NCBI GenBank assembly: GCA_045123075.1
Contig: JBGVIJ010000027.1
Span: forward strand, 11,857 to 75,856
Length of the DNA stretch: 64,000 bases
Direction of reading: 5' to 3'
From: Phascolarctobacterium sp.
GTDB taxonomy: Bacteria > Bacillota > Negativicutes > Acidaminococcales > Acidaminococcaceae
How positions within the stretch are numbered: the first letter of the stretch is position 1; the number at the start of each line of letters is the position of its first letter. Positions 1-9,206 of the stretch are shown piece by piece. The notes under the pieces were generated by a model, which saw only the letters and a list, made by a program, of their open reading frames with translations, was not told the DNA's origin and did no database searches. The translations under genes and the position numbers were made by a program.

Positions 1-1545
1 GTGAGCCTTGCGTTCTTTGGGAAGCAAATGAAGTTCTGCAATTTTAACCTTTTCATCTTCGGTGTAGCTGGAAAGTTGAATAACTTCCATTCTGTCCAGG
101 AGAGCAGGAGGAATAGTTTCCACAGTGTTTGCAGTTACAATCCAGAATACGTTGGAAAGGTCAAAGGGGAATTCGATAAAGTGATCGCTAAAAGCGTGGT
201 TTTGTTCCGGGTCAAGTGCCTCGAGAAGTGCGGAAGCAGGGTCACCACGGAAGTCAGAAGCCATTTTATCAACTTCGTCCAGCAGGAACACAGGGTTCAT
301 GCAGCCACAGGTTTGCATACCGTGAATAATGCGACCGGGCATAGCACCAATGTAGGTACGGCGATGACCACGGATTTCTGCTTCGTCACGAATACCACCC
401 AAGGAGATACGGGTATATTTACGATCAATAGCTTCAGCAATACTGCGAGCCAAAGAAGTTTTACCCACGCCCGGAGGTCCTACCAAGCAAAGGATGGGGC
501 CTTTGGTATCTTGGGTAAGAGCACGCACCGCCAAATATTCAAGGATGCGTTCCTTAACTTTTTTCAAACCGTAGTGGTCTTTTTCCAATACATCTTCAGC
601 ACGTTTCAAATCGAAGTTATCTTGGTTGAACTTGCCCCAAGGCAAAGCCAACAATGCGTCCAAATAGTTGCGGATAACTGCACCTTCTGCCATCATAGGA
701 GGCATTTTGTAAAGTCTATCCAATTCTTTTTCGCATTTAACGACAACATCTTCAGGCAGAGCAAGCTCTGCCATTTTCTTTTTATATTCTTCAATCTCCG
801 CTTTCAGTTCATCGCCTTCACCAAGTTCTTTGTTGATGGCTTTGATTTGTTCGCGCAGATAATATTCTTTTTGATTACGCTCAATTTGTTTACGTACTTC
901 TTGAGCAATATTTTTTTCAAGGCCTGCGATTTCCAGTTCCTTGCTGAGCATTTCATAGAGCTTGTGCATACGTTTTTGTACGTTTGCCAATTCAAGAAGC
1001 TGTTGCTTTTCTTCCAGGGGAACCGCAAGATAGCCTGCAATCATATCAGTAACACGACCGGGGTCAGGTTGACCTTTCAATGCTTGCAAAACTTCGCTGT
1101 TTACTTTTTTAGTTACCAATACCCATTGTTCAAAAGCTTCAATGAGCATACGACGCAACGCTTCTACTTCAACTTCGTAGCCAAGTACGGGTTCTAAGAT
1201 GCGAGCATGACCGGTAAAGTAAACTTTTTCAGTTGCAGAATCAGTAATGGAAACGTATTCTACACGTTCCAAACCTTCTACCAAAATACGGATAGCACCG
1301 TTAGGCAATTTCAAAAGTTGCTTAACTTCTGCCAAAGCACCAAATTTATATAAATCCTCCGGCTGTACATCGGTAAGCGCCGCATCCTTTTGAGTTACCA
1401 AAAGCAAACGACGATCGCCTTCCATAGCAGCTTCTACGGCAGCGATAGATTTTTCACGGCCAACATCAAGGTTGATAATCATGCCCGGAAAAACCATCAT
1501 ACCTCTCAGCGCCAACAGCGGTAAGGTCATGATTTCTTCAGTCAA
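1..1545 (-). CDS. lon: ATP-dependent Lon protease, N-terminal ~515 codons (3' end beyond window start)
   Basis: Minus-strand translation from TTG 1545 (AAAGGAGGG RBS 5 nt upstream; alternative ATG 1530) reads LTEEIMTLPLLALRGMMVFPGM. Walker A is LVGPPGVGKTSL at about 440-490. Position follows clpX. The listed + ORF 1..1197 is its antisense shadow. Confidence 0.9.
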   Translation of the reverse strand, partial: MTEEIMTLPLLALRGMMVFPGMIINLDVGREKSIAAVEAAMEGDRRLLLVTQKDAALTDVQPEDLYKFGALAEVKQLLKLPNGAIRILVEGLERVEYVSITDSATEKVYFTGHARILEPVLGYEVEVEALRRMLIEAFEQWVLVTKKVNSEVLQALKGQPDPGRVTDMIAGYLAVPLEEKQQLLELANVQKRMHKLYEMLSKELEIAGLEKNIAQEVRKQIERNQKEYYLREQIKAINKELGEGDELKAEIEEYKKKMAELALPEDVVVKCEKELDRLYKMPPMMAEGAVIRNYLDALLALPWGKFNQDNFDLKRAEDVLEKDHYGLKKVKERILEYLAVRALTQDTKGPILCLVGPPGVGKTSLARSIAEAIDRKYTRISLGGIRDEAEIRGHRRTYIGAMPGRIIHGMQTCGCMNPVFLLDEVDKMASDFRGDPASALLEALDPEQNHAFSDHFIEFPFDLSNVFWIVTANTVETIPPALLDRMEVIQLSSYTEDEKVKIAELHLLPKERKAH

Positions 1546-1604
1546 AGGTATCCCTCCTTTATAAGGAAATAAGGGAGAAAGGCACAGCCCTTCCCCCTTT
1601 TATT

Positions 1605-2849
1605 TTACTCAATAATCATTTGAGGTTCAGCATGCTCACGTACAGTTTCTTCAGTAACGATGCATTTAATAACATCATCACGGGACGGAACTTCATACAT
1701 AACATTGCGCATGATGGACTCGATGATGGCACGCAAGCCACGAGCACCAGCGTTACGTTTCAATGCTTCTTCTGCGATTGCAGTCAAAGCACCATCTTCA
1801 AATTCCAATTCCACACCATCCATCGCAAGGAAATGCTGATATTGCTTAATCAAAGCATTGCGCGGTTCGCACAAAATACGTACCAACGCTTCCTTATCCA
1901 AACTATTCAAGGTAACAACAACGGGCAAGCGTCCTGCAAATTCAGGAATCAAACCGAATTTCATCAAATCTTCAGGCAAAACCTTAGCAAAGATTTCGTT
2001 GTTATTAACTTCCGCTTTCTTTTGAATGTCTGCACCAAAACCCAAGTTCTTTTTACCAACACGTGCATTGATAATGTTTTCCAGGCCTGCAAAAGCACCG
2101 CCGCAGATAAACAAGATGTTGGTAGTGTCGATAGTGATAAATTCTTGGTGAGGATGTTTGCGACCACCTTTAGGCGGAACGCTAGCAACAGTACCTTCCA
2201 AAATTTTCAGAAGTGCTTGTTGCACGCCTTCACCGGAAACATCACGGGTGATGGAAACATTTTCAGATTTACGGGAGATTTTATCAATTTCATCGATATA
2301 GATAATACCGCGTTGAGCAGCTTCAATATCGTAATCAGCGTTTTGAATAAGCTTCAGAAGAATGTTTTCCACGTCTTCGCCAACATAGCCAGCTTCAGTC
2401 AAAGTAGTAGCATCTGCCATGGCGAACGGAACTTGCAGAATTCTAGCCAAAGTTTGAGCCAGCAAGGTTTTACCGCTACCGGTAGGACCAAGCATCAAAA
2501 TATTGGATTTTTGCAATTCCACAACACGTTCTTCTTCAGGATTTTGCATTTCATAATTGATGCGTTTGTAGTGGTTGTAAACAGCAACCGCCAAGGTTTT
2601 CTTAGCTTCGTCTTGACCAACTACATATTCATCAAGAATTTCTTTGATTTCTTTAGGGGTAGGCAGCTCGCCGGCAGAGGGCATGCTTTCAGCAGCTGCT
2701 TTTTGTTTATCTTCTTCAAGCATATCCTTGCAAAACTCGACACACTCGTCACAGATATGAACGCCGCGACCTGCAATCAGACTGCGAACTTGACCTTCAC
2801 GCTTACCGCAGAAGGAACAAGAACGTTCATTTTTTTCATTGTTATCCAT
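1605..2849 (-). CDS. clpX: ATP-dependent Clp protease ATP-binding subunit ClpX
   Basis: N-terminal zinc ribbon CSFCGK...CDEC, Walker [21 protein letters not shown]. Sits in clpP-clpX-lon synteny. Confidence 0.97.
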   Translation of the reverse strand: MDNNEKNERSCSFCGKREGQVRSLIAGRGVHICDECVEFCKDMLEEDKQKAAAESMPSAGELPTPKEIKEILDEYVVGQDEAKKTLAVAVYNHYKRINYEMQNPEEERVVELQKSNILMLGPTGSGKTLLAQTLARILQVPFAMADATTLTEAGYVGEDVENILLKLIQNADYDIEAAQRGIIYIDEIDKISRKSENVSITRDVSGEGVQQALLKILEGTVASVPPKGGRKHPHQEFITIDTTNILFICGGAFAGLENIINARVGKKNLGFGADIQKKAEVNNNEIFAKVLPEDLMKFGLIPEFAGRLPVVVTLNSLDKEALVRILCEPRNALIKQYQHFLAMDGVELEFEDGALTAIAEEALKRNAGARGLRAIIESIMRNVMYEVPSRDDVIKCIVTEETVREHAEPQMIIE

Positions 2850-2871
2850 GGGTTATCTCCTTAAATGTATC

Positions 2872-3465
2872 TTATTTCGCAGCTTCGTGACGTTCCAAAA
2901 CTTTGTCAATCAAGCCGTATTCAGCAGCTTCACGACTGGTAAGATAGTAGTCACGATCAGTGTCATGAGCAATCTTTTCGATGCTTTGACCGGTATGCTT
3001 AGCAAGTACGCCGTTCATTTCTTCGCGAATACGAAGGATTTCACGAGCGTGAATTTCGATTTCAGAAGCCTGACCTTGAGCACCGCCCAAAGGTTGATGA
3101 ATCATAACACGGGAATAAGGCAACGCAAAACGTTTACCGGGAGTACCCGCCGCCAAAAGTACGGAAGCCATAGAAGCTGCCATACCCATGCAGATGGTAG
3201 AAACATCAGGTTTAATGTATTGCATGGTGTCATAAATAGCCATGCCTGCACTTACACTGCCACCGGGGCTGTTGATGTACAGATGGATATCTTTGTCAGG
3301 ATCTTCAGATTCCAAAAAGAGTAATTGAGCAATGACAACATTCGCCATGTTGTCATCGATGGGTCCGGTCACAAAAACTATTCTGTCTTTGAGCAGACGA
3401 GAGTAAATGTCATAGGAACGTTCTCCGCGGCTGGATTGTTCAACGACGATAGGAACGTAGTTCAT
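2872..3465 (-). CDS. clpP: ATP-dependent Clp protease proteolytic subunit
   Basis: 197 aa with canonical ClpP sequence ([31 protein letters not shown]). RBS GAGGAAG. Confidence 0.97.
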   Translation of the reverse strand: MNYVPIVVEQSSRGERSYDIYSRLLKDRIVFVTGPIDDNMANVVIAQLLFLESEDPDKDIHLYINSPGGSVSAGMAIYDTMQYIKPDVSTICMGMAASMASVLLAAGTPGKRFALPYSRVMIHQPLGGAQGQASEIEIHAREILRIREEMNGVLAKHTGQSIEKIAHDTDRDYYLTSREAAEYGLIDKVLERHEAAK

Positions 3466-3484
3466 TGTTTTTCACTTCCTCTTT

Positions 3485-3521
3485 TAAAAACACCACAAGT
3501 GCCGTAGGTCATACGGCACTT
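3485..3521 (-). terminator. hairpin plus U-tract between tig and clpP (terminator or attenuator)
   Basis: Arms aagtgccgta / tacggcactt, followed on the minus strand by a T-run. Confidence 0.45.
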
Positions 3522-3551
3522 TCAGTGTAATATTTTGAAATTGTTGTTAAA

Positions 3552-4835
3552 TTATTGTGCGCTGTCAATTACAACGTGAGCAGCTTTGCGGCGGAGGATG
3601 TTAGCCAAGAGCAAGCCCATGGTGCCGTTGTTTTTGATGATTTGTTTAACGTCTTCAACTTTAGCGTTGTGTTGGTTAGCGATTGCTGCGATTTCAGCGT
3701 CAACGTCTTCCATGTCTACTTGGATGCCTTCAGCTTTAGCGATTGCATCGAGAACGAGGTCGGTTTTAACGTTTTCTTCAGCAGTCGGGCGTTGGTTAGC
3801 ACGGATTTTTTCCATGTCTTGGCCAGTGTATTGCATGTACATTTCCAAGGACATTTTGCGAGCTTCGAGGCTCATTTTCATTTCGTCAACCATTTGGGTG
3901 ATGCGGTCTTCGATCATGATTTCGGGAACTTCGAAGGTAGCGTTAGCTACAGCGAGGTCAACCAAAGCACGTTCGTAAGCTACTTTAGCTTGTTCTTCAG
4001 CAGCAGCTTGCATACGTTCTTTGTAGTTAGCGCGCAGTTCTTCAACGGATTTGAAATCGCTGTTAGCTGCAACATATTCGTCGGTCATTTCCGGCAATTC
4101 TTTACGTTTAACGTCTTGAATGTGTACTTTGAACACAGCTTCTTTACCAGCGAGTTCAGCTACGAAGTATTCGGTCGGGAAGGTTACTTCTACGTCAGTG
4201 GAATCGCCTTTGGACAAGCCAACCAATTGGTCTTCGAAACCGGGGATGAAGGAGTTGGAGCCAACTTCCAAAGGATAGCCTTTGCCTTCGCCACCGCTGA
4301 AAGCTTCGCCGTCAACAGTACCAGCAAAGTCGATGATTGCGAAGTCGCCTTTCTCGATTACAGCGCCTTCTTCAGCAGCTACCATCTTAGCATTGCGGTT
4401 ACGCAGATCGTTTACAGCAGCGTCAACGTCTTCGTCGGTTACAACAGCTTCTTGTTTTTCAACGTGCAAGCCTTTGTATTCGCCCAATTCCGGTTCGGGT
4501 TTCAAAGTAACTTTGATAACCAATTCCATGTCTTGGCCTTCTTCGAATACGGAAGTTTCTACTTTCGGATCATCAACGGGGATGAGTTTTTGGAGTTCCA
4601 AAGCTTCGCTGTATGCTTTGTTAGCTACAAATTCGAAAGCTTCTTGTTTTACAGCGTCTTTGCCATAGTGCATTTCAATGATGTTACGGGGAGCTTTACC
4701 TTTACGGAAGCCCGGGATGTTTACGTTTTGAGCAATTTTAGCAACAGCTTGTTTAAAGCCATTATTTACAACAGCTGCTTCAGCAGTGATTTTCAAAGTT
4801 GCTTCATTTCCTACTCTTTCAACGGTTACGTTCAT
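3552..4835 (-). CDS. tig: trigger factor
   Basis: 427 aa with PGFRKGKAP ribosome-binding motif and a central FKBP-type domain. RBS GGGAGGA. Confidence 0.97.
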   Translation of the reverse strand: MNVTVERVGNEATLKITAEAAVVNNGFKQAVAKIAQNVNIPGFRKGKAPRNIIEMHYGKDAVKQEAFEFVANKAYSEALELQKLIPVDDPKVETSVFEEGQDMELVIKVTLKPEPELGEYKGLHVEKQEAVVTDEDVDAAVNDLRNRNAKMVAAEEGAVIEKGDFAIIDFAGTVDGEAFSGGEGKGYPLEVGSNSFIPGFEDQLVGLSKGDSTDVEVTFPTEYFVAELAGKEAVFKVHIQDVKRKELPEMTDEYVAANSDFKSVEELRANYKERMQAAAEEQAKVAYERALVDLAVANATFEVPEIMIEDRITQMVDEMKMSLEARKMSLEMYMQYTGQDMEKIRANQRPTAEENVKTDLVLDAIAKAEGIQVDMEDVDAEIAAIANQHNAKVEDVKQIIKNNGTMGLLLANILRRKAAHVVIDSAQ

Positions 4836-4939
4836 TAATAAAATCCTCCCTTAAATTTATATGGGTAAATAAAATAATATAATCGGATTAGTGTGTCAGC
4901 TTTCCTACAGCAAATATGCTGACATAAATCGCTCATAGT

Positions 4940-4968
4940 ATCATATCATAAAGAAGCTTGCTTGACAA
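4940..4968 (-). promoter_or_regulatory. candidate sigma-70 promoter of tig
   Basis: Minus strand reads TTGTCA, 17 nt, TATGAT upstream of the tig RBS. Confidence 0.4.
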
Positions 4969-4972
4969 TACT

Positions 4973-5001
4973 AAAAAGCCCTCTGGAAAACTCCAGAGGG
5001 C
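4973..5001 (-). terminator. intrinsic terminator after tRNA-Gly
   Basis: Hairpin gccctctgga/tccagagggc with a 4-nt loop, followed by TTTTT on the minus strand. Confidence 0.8.
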
Positions 5002-5014
5002 TTAAATTTTTAAG

Positions 5015-5090
<76 letters not shown>

Positions 5091-5120
5091 GGTCGTGTTC
5101 CGTTGTTTGGAACGATATTG

Positions 5121-5149
5121 ATTATATGACATCCCAAAGAGTTTGTCAA
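5121..5149 (-). promoter_or_regulatory. consensus sigma-70 promoter of tRNA-Gly
   Basis: Minus strand reads TTGACA, 17 nt, TATAAT about 30 nt upstream of the tRNA 5' end, with an A/T-rich UP-like tract further upstream. Confidence 0.7.
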
Positions 5150-5244
5150 CACATTTTTAAAAAAGTTTTTGAAAAAGTTTTAGGGAATCTTTAAAACCAA
5201 AAAACACTCCTTTTTTAGCCATCTTGCTTAAACTTCTCAACGAA

Positions 5245-5655
5245 TCACACAATACGTGCAAAAATATACTTCAAAGCTTCTCTGGCTTGGTCATAGCGTT
5301 CTTGTGCCCCACTCAAAATTACACTATTTTCACTACGTCTCTCTGCACTATCACTACCTACACTCAGCGGACTGTTAGCAGTTTCAAATTCTATATAACC
5401 GTTTATAAAACTTCCCTCTAATTTAGCTTGTACTGCAATAATAGATTTAAAAGGTATAATTTTTACGTTATTATCGCCTAAATTCCAAAGTCCACCGCCA
5501 GTCTTGTCAATGACAACAACCTTCTCATGTACATACAAATTTGATCCACGACAATCAATAGCATGAACTGCCGGTCCAAAAAACTCCTCTACAGGACTTG
5601 GCTTCATGGTTTGCCCCTTAGAATTTCCACTAGATAAAGAATCAAAAAATCCCAT
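5245..5655 (-). CDS. small cytoplasmic protein, possibly bacterial PH-like (YokE/DUF4429-type) fold
   Basis: ATG 5655 lies 7 nt after AGGGG. The pattern IIPFKSIIAVQ...GYIEFETA...SVILSG resembles bPH-type domains. The function call is tentative. Confidence 0.55.
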   Translation of the reverse strand: MGFFDSLSSGNSKGQTMKPSPVEEFFGPAVHAIDCRGSNLYVHEKVVVIDKTGGGLWNLGDNNVKIIPFKSIIAVQAKLEGSFINGYIEFETANSPLSVGSDSAERRSENSVILSGAQERYDQAREALKYIFARIV

Positions 5656-5670
5656 AAACACACCCCTTTG

Positions 5671-5754
5671 AATTCATTTGTAACATCAATTGCTAATGTT
5701 TTAGTCTTCTCCACATCGCAAAAAAGTCCTGCTTAAATTCACTTCTAACATCAA
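5671..5754. repeat. two 19-nt direct repeats, AATTCA(T/C)TT(G/C)TAACATCAA
   Basis: Copies at 5671-5689 and 5736-5754 match at 17 of 19 positions. They lie in the gap between the WYL gene and the downstream small gene. Confidence 0.7.
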
Positions 5755-5830
5755 CGCCCTACAATAGATTTCATTTCCTCTTTACTCTGATTTTTTCTTT
5801 GAAGAACCACGCAGCTTGCCATTTTCCTTA

Positions 5831-6859
5831 TTACTCATACATCTTAACTGCTTCTTTTAAATCAGTTTTTATTTGTTCTCTTAATTTTAACGGCTTCAAC
5901 ACTTCTGCATGATTTGCGTACTGCATCGCCCAGTAACGCATTGCTTGTAAATTGACTACAACACTTGCAGTAACACTATCTTCGGTTTCATCATAGAATC
6001 TTACTTCTTTGCCAAACCAATCAATCACATCATCAACAAGGAATTTTTCAATCTTCATCGTCACCCTTTCACTTTCACCGGAGAACATATAAATATGTTC
6101 TGCCATATGCTTAGGCAAGTTGATGCTTTCCGAAAGTTCTTTTTGCTTTTTTACAGGCTCGTCTAAAATCTTAATATCGGAAATCTTATCTACACGATAA
6201 TGTGAGATATTATCGTATTTATCGTAATTAGCAATCAAATAATAGCGTCCATTAGCGGTTACCATTCTATAAGGATTAACGATATATCTTCTTGCTTCAC
6301 CATCACTATTAATTCGTGGATGTAATTTCTTATCTGCACCAAAGTCATTATAGCAAAACGCAACCTTTTTCCCTGCACTAATAGCATCATCAAGATCTTC
6401 GACGTTATAGAAAAGCTGGCTATTTTTAATATCTTCGTCAGACAAATTATAAACGTGCTTTACCTTTGCTTTAAAATATTTACTTGATAAACTCTCAAGC
6501 TTTTCAACAAGCTCTTTACATCTATTGTTGGGAATGTGCTTCGAGAAAAGCACACTATCAACCAAAAGACGAAGTTCCGCATCCGTAAAATCTCTGACCA
6601 AATACCAATCACTATAAAGAATTTCTTGTTCTCCTTTTTTGTTGACACGCACTGTTTCTTTATATTTAAGGTCAAACCCAAATTCTAAAAGGTTCATCAA
6701 ATTACGTTTCACGGCTTTTCTATCAACTTTTATTTGATATTCACTTTCTAAAAGTTTAACGATTTCTTTTTGATTCAACACATGATCGCCATCAGAATAT
6801 TTCTTTAAAACTTCTAATATATTTACTATCAACAATTTCTTAGGTTGCGCAGCATACAT
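5831..6859 (-). CDS. WYL-domain transcriptional regulator (wHTH-WYL-C-terminal extension, BrxR/CapW-like architecture)
   Basis: N-terminal HTH region (LNQKEIVKLLESEY) and central WYL-type block VTANGRYYLIANYDKYDNISHYRVDKISDIKIL. ATG 6859 lies 8 nt after GAGGTG. Confidence 0.8.
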   Translation of the reverse strand: MYAAQPKKLLIVNILEVLKKYSDGDHVLNQKEIVKLLESEYQIKVDRKAVKRNLMNLLEFGFDLKYKETVRVNKKGEQEILYSDWYLVRDFTDAELRLLVDSVLFSKHIPNNRCKELVEKLESLSSKYFKAKVKHVYNLSDEDIKNSQLFYNVEDLDDAISAGKKVAFCYNDFGADKKLHPRINSDGEARRYIVNPYRMVTANGRYYLIANYDKYDNISHYRVDKISDIKILDEPVKKQKELSESINLPKHMAEHIYMFSGESERVTMKIEKFLVDDVIDWFGKEVRFYDETEDSVTASVVVNLQAMRYWAMQYANHAEVLKPLKLREQIKTDLKEAVKMYE

Positions 6860-6880
6860 TTTTATCACCTCTTAAATTTA

Positions 6881-6909
6881 ATTATAACAAGAAAATAATG
6901 CATCCTCAA
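6881..6909 (-). promoter_or_regulatory. candidate promoter of the WYL regulator
   Basis: Minus strand reads TTGAGG, 17 nt, TATAAT. Confidence 0.45.
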
Positions 6910-6981
6910 CCAATCAGTGTCCTCTTTTGGGTACACCACTCCTGATATACTTAACTCATAACTTAAAGGAAAGAGTGATAC

Positions 6982-7062
6982 ATGATGACAAGATACGAAC
7001 TCGGCGAGTTAACATTCGCAATTATACAGATTTGTTTATTCTTAGGTTTTCTATTTTTATAA
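6982..7062 (+). CDS. 26-aa hydrophobic peptide (MMTRYELGELTFAIIQICLFLGFLFL), possible type I toxin / Hol-Tox-like
   Basis: Not in the ORF track. AAAGGAAAGAG lies upstream of the ATG. The peptide has a short polar head and a single hydrophobic tail, and sits just upstream of the Sel1 gene on the same strand. Confidence 0.35.
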   Translation: MMTRYELGELTFAIIQICLFLGFLFL

Positions 7063-7151
7063 GAACCTTGACAACTTAATATTTAATTACACTTAACCTT
7101 GTTTAATCTACATATTTTAAAATTACCCTAAAACAAAGGAAGTGTTAAACA

Positions 7152-7814
7152 ATGGAAAACTACAGTTGCACTAGCTACAGTGTTACTCCTATCGACGATG
7201 AAGTTTTAGCTCTTCATACTAACGCCAGAGTCTTCAATGATCCGGACTACTATGTGAGATTAGCAGAACTTTACGAAGCAGGATATAGAGTTGAACGCAA
7301 CTTGAAAAAAGCTATCCACTACTATTTGAAAGCAGTTAACATCGGTAGCACAAAGGCTGCCGAAAAGTTAGCTTCATTTTATGAGTACGGTGCCGGGAAA
7401 AAGTCAAATGGTAACCTTCACAAAAAAAGTGCCAAATGGTGGTTGAAAGCTGCTGAACTCGGAAGTCAAGAAGGTATGTTGCGTACTGGCTACAATTACC
7501 AATATGGCATTGGTCTTGATAAAGACCATGTAAAAGCGTTCAAATGGTATCACACACTAGCAAAAACAGGAAGCAAGACAGGTATGTTCCATACTGGCGA
7601 ATGTTACTTCTACGGCATCGGCGTTGAACAAGATTATGCTAAGGCATTCAACTGGTACAAAAAATCTTCACATAGCATTTTGGAAGCCTGTAAAAAATTA
7701 TCAGATTGCTATGCGTTAGGCCTTGGCACCAAGCAAAACCCTAAACAAGCAAAGCAAATGGCAACTTTGCACTTAAAGTTAACTCAACACTATAGAGATA
7801 TGTATTATCTCTAA
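7152..7814 (+). CDS. Sel1-like repeat (SLR/TPR-family) protein, no signal peptide
   Basis: Four to five repeats of the A..WY.KAA..G...A...LG..Y..G.G pattern, e.g. KAFKWYHTLAKTGSKTGMFHTGECYFYGIGVEQDYAKAFNWYKKS. Confidence 0.85.
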   Translation: MENYSCTSYSVTPIDDEVLALHTNARVFNDPDYYVRLAELYEAGYRVERNLKKAIHYYLKAVNIGSTKAAEKLASFYEYGAGKKSNGNLHKKSAKWWLKAAELGSQEGMLRTGYNYQYGIGLDKDHVKAFKWYHTLAKTGSKTGMFHTGECYFYGIGVEQDYAKAFNWYKKSSHSILEACKKLSDCYALGLGTKQNPKQAKQMATLHLKLTQHYRDMYYL

Positions 7815-7853
7815 ATGATTAAAGGCTCCGCTTAATACGGAGCCTTTAATCAT
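7815..7853. terminator. bidirectional terminator
   Basis: 16-nt arms atgattaaaggctccg / cggagcctttaatcat lie between the convergent genes. Confidence 0.75.
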
Positions 7854-8803
7854 TTCTCGACGGAACCACCAACAACCTTTTCTTCTTTCCCAAAATAGTA
7901 TTTTTTTACTCTTTCATCTACCACAAAACTACTACCATTACCCCTATTAAACACTTCAGCATAGGTTAAAGGTTCTCTCAAAATAGTTAACCTATTACCA
8001 ATACCAAATTCGCTAGTTACGTCGTTAAGTACTTTAGCAAGTTCCTTATGCTTTTCGGCATAATTACCATAGTAAGCCTTTTTATCTTCTGCGTCGGAGA
8101 ATAAATCATCAAAAATAATTGAACCTAAAAACACCTTCGCTTCATTTGTAATAGCATCAACAACATTTTCATGCTCAACACAATTACGTTTAGATACTAC
8201 GCCCCCATGAAGCAAATTACATACACCAATATAATGTGAAACCATTTGTTTAATACCTTCCATATACGTAGCCTCATCAGCTATTAGTCTGAAGTTATTC
8301 TTGGGCGCATTCTCTGTATCTATTTTATATCTAGATTCTAATTTCTTATAAACAACTCCACCATAATTATTTTCTAAATATGAGCTCGCAACATCTAAAT
8401 AATTCTTAGGCTTCTTATAATACTCCGAAAACTTTGATTCAAGGAACAGCACTACTGCTTGTGAAATATCATCTTTCTCATAACCAATAAGAACTACATC
8501 CATATTAGATGGTTGGCGTCCTTTAATAACAACATTTTGAAACTCGAAATAAGATTGCTCAAAAATATAAGTTTTCTTATTTTCGCCATCTCCTAATTCC
8601 AACTCTAATTTGTTTTTATCACAAACATTATAAAAAAATAACAAGGCACACAAAGACGAGGAATGCATGGTCGTAATTTTCAAAGCCTCTTGTCCAGAAC
8701 CACTGCAAGCTTCACTTAACTTTTCTTTAAAAACTTCTCTGTTTTCCAACCCAAATTTATCAGCCAAATCACTTCCCAAAACAGGAATGATTTCAGCAAA
8801 CAA
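7850..8803 (-). CDS. PD-(D/E)xK nuclease-like protein (main reading frame; probably the 3' part of a frameshifted gene)
   Basis: Contains HSSSLCALLFF, then DVVLIGY...VLFLESKFSE (a D...E-x-K arrangement), then IKQMVSHY. This frame has only a TTG start and no RBS. Confidence 0.6.
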   Translation of the reverse strand: MFAEIIPVLGSDLADKFGLENREVFKEKLSEACSGSGQEALKITTMHSSSLCALLFFYNVCDKNKLELELGDGENKKTYIFEQSYFEFQNVVIKGRQPSNMDVVLIGYEKDDISQAVVLFLESKFSEYYKKPKNYLDVASSYLENNYGGVVYKKLESRYKIDTENAPKNNFRLIADEATYMEGIKQMVSHYIGVCNLLHGGVVSKRNCVEHENVVDAITNEAKVFLGSIIFDDLFSDAEDKKAYYGNYAEKHKELAKVLNDVTSEFGIGNRLTILREPLTYAEVFNRGNGSSFVVDERVKKYYFGKEEKVVGGSVEK

Positions 8804-8823
8804 TTTAGATGCATTGGGTGTAT

Positions 8824-8964
8824 TTATCCAGAATGAAGCATCACTTTCTTCTCCAGTCCAATTTTATTTGTTATAAAATCTTTAGAACAAAACTCTGTAC
8901 CGCTCCACATTTTCTTGTAAAGTTTTCTTCCACTGCCTTTCATCTTGTCAAAATCATAACACAT
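8824..8964 (-). CDS. 46-aa upstream ORF, likely the original 5' end of the 7850-8803 gene
   Basis: ATG 8964 lies 6 nt after AGGAGGA. The ORF overlaps the open part of the downstream frame around an A-rich run at about 8866-8873. Confidence 0.35.
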   Translation of the reverse strand: MCYDFDKMKGSGRKLYKKMWSGTEFCSKDFITNKIGLEKKVMLHSG

Positions 8965-9206
8965 AGATAATCCTCCTTTTATATTAAAAATTTATACAAA
9001 ACATTATAGTTAACTTCATCAAAATATATTAAATTCATTATAACAAACAGCTTATTCGTGCTCAACAAATCTATATCCCATTTTAGTCTCACGAACATAT
9101 GCAAACTACCATTAACTGCTTCTTTTATATCATAGAGCAATGTGCCATTTGTGGTACATATCTTCTGTTATCATAAAAACACCAACAAGCAGAAAGGAAG
9201 TACTTT

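Noticed and set aside
1-1197. 398-aa + strand ORF at the window start
   Set aside because: Its translation is low-complexity (F/N/S/T-rich) with no motif. The opposite strand encodes an unmistakable Lon protease with Walker A and an RBS, so this is an antisense shadow ORF.
1620-2864. Full-length mirror ORFs antisense to clpX (1620-2864), tig (3555-4838) and the BMP lipoprotein (50010-51104), each almost exactly as long as the real gene
   Set aside because: At first sight this looks like overlapping antisense genes. The translations are F/S/N/V-rich nonsense. The effect is explained by strong codon bias in highly expressed genes, which avoid TTA/CTA/TCA codons and so leave no stops in the complementary frame. 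There are no RBSs or starts in a sensible context.
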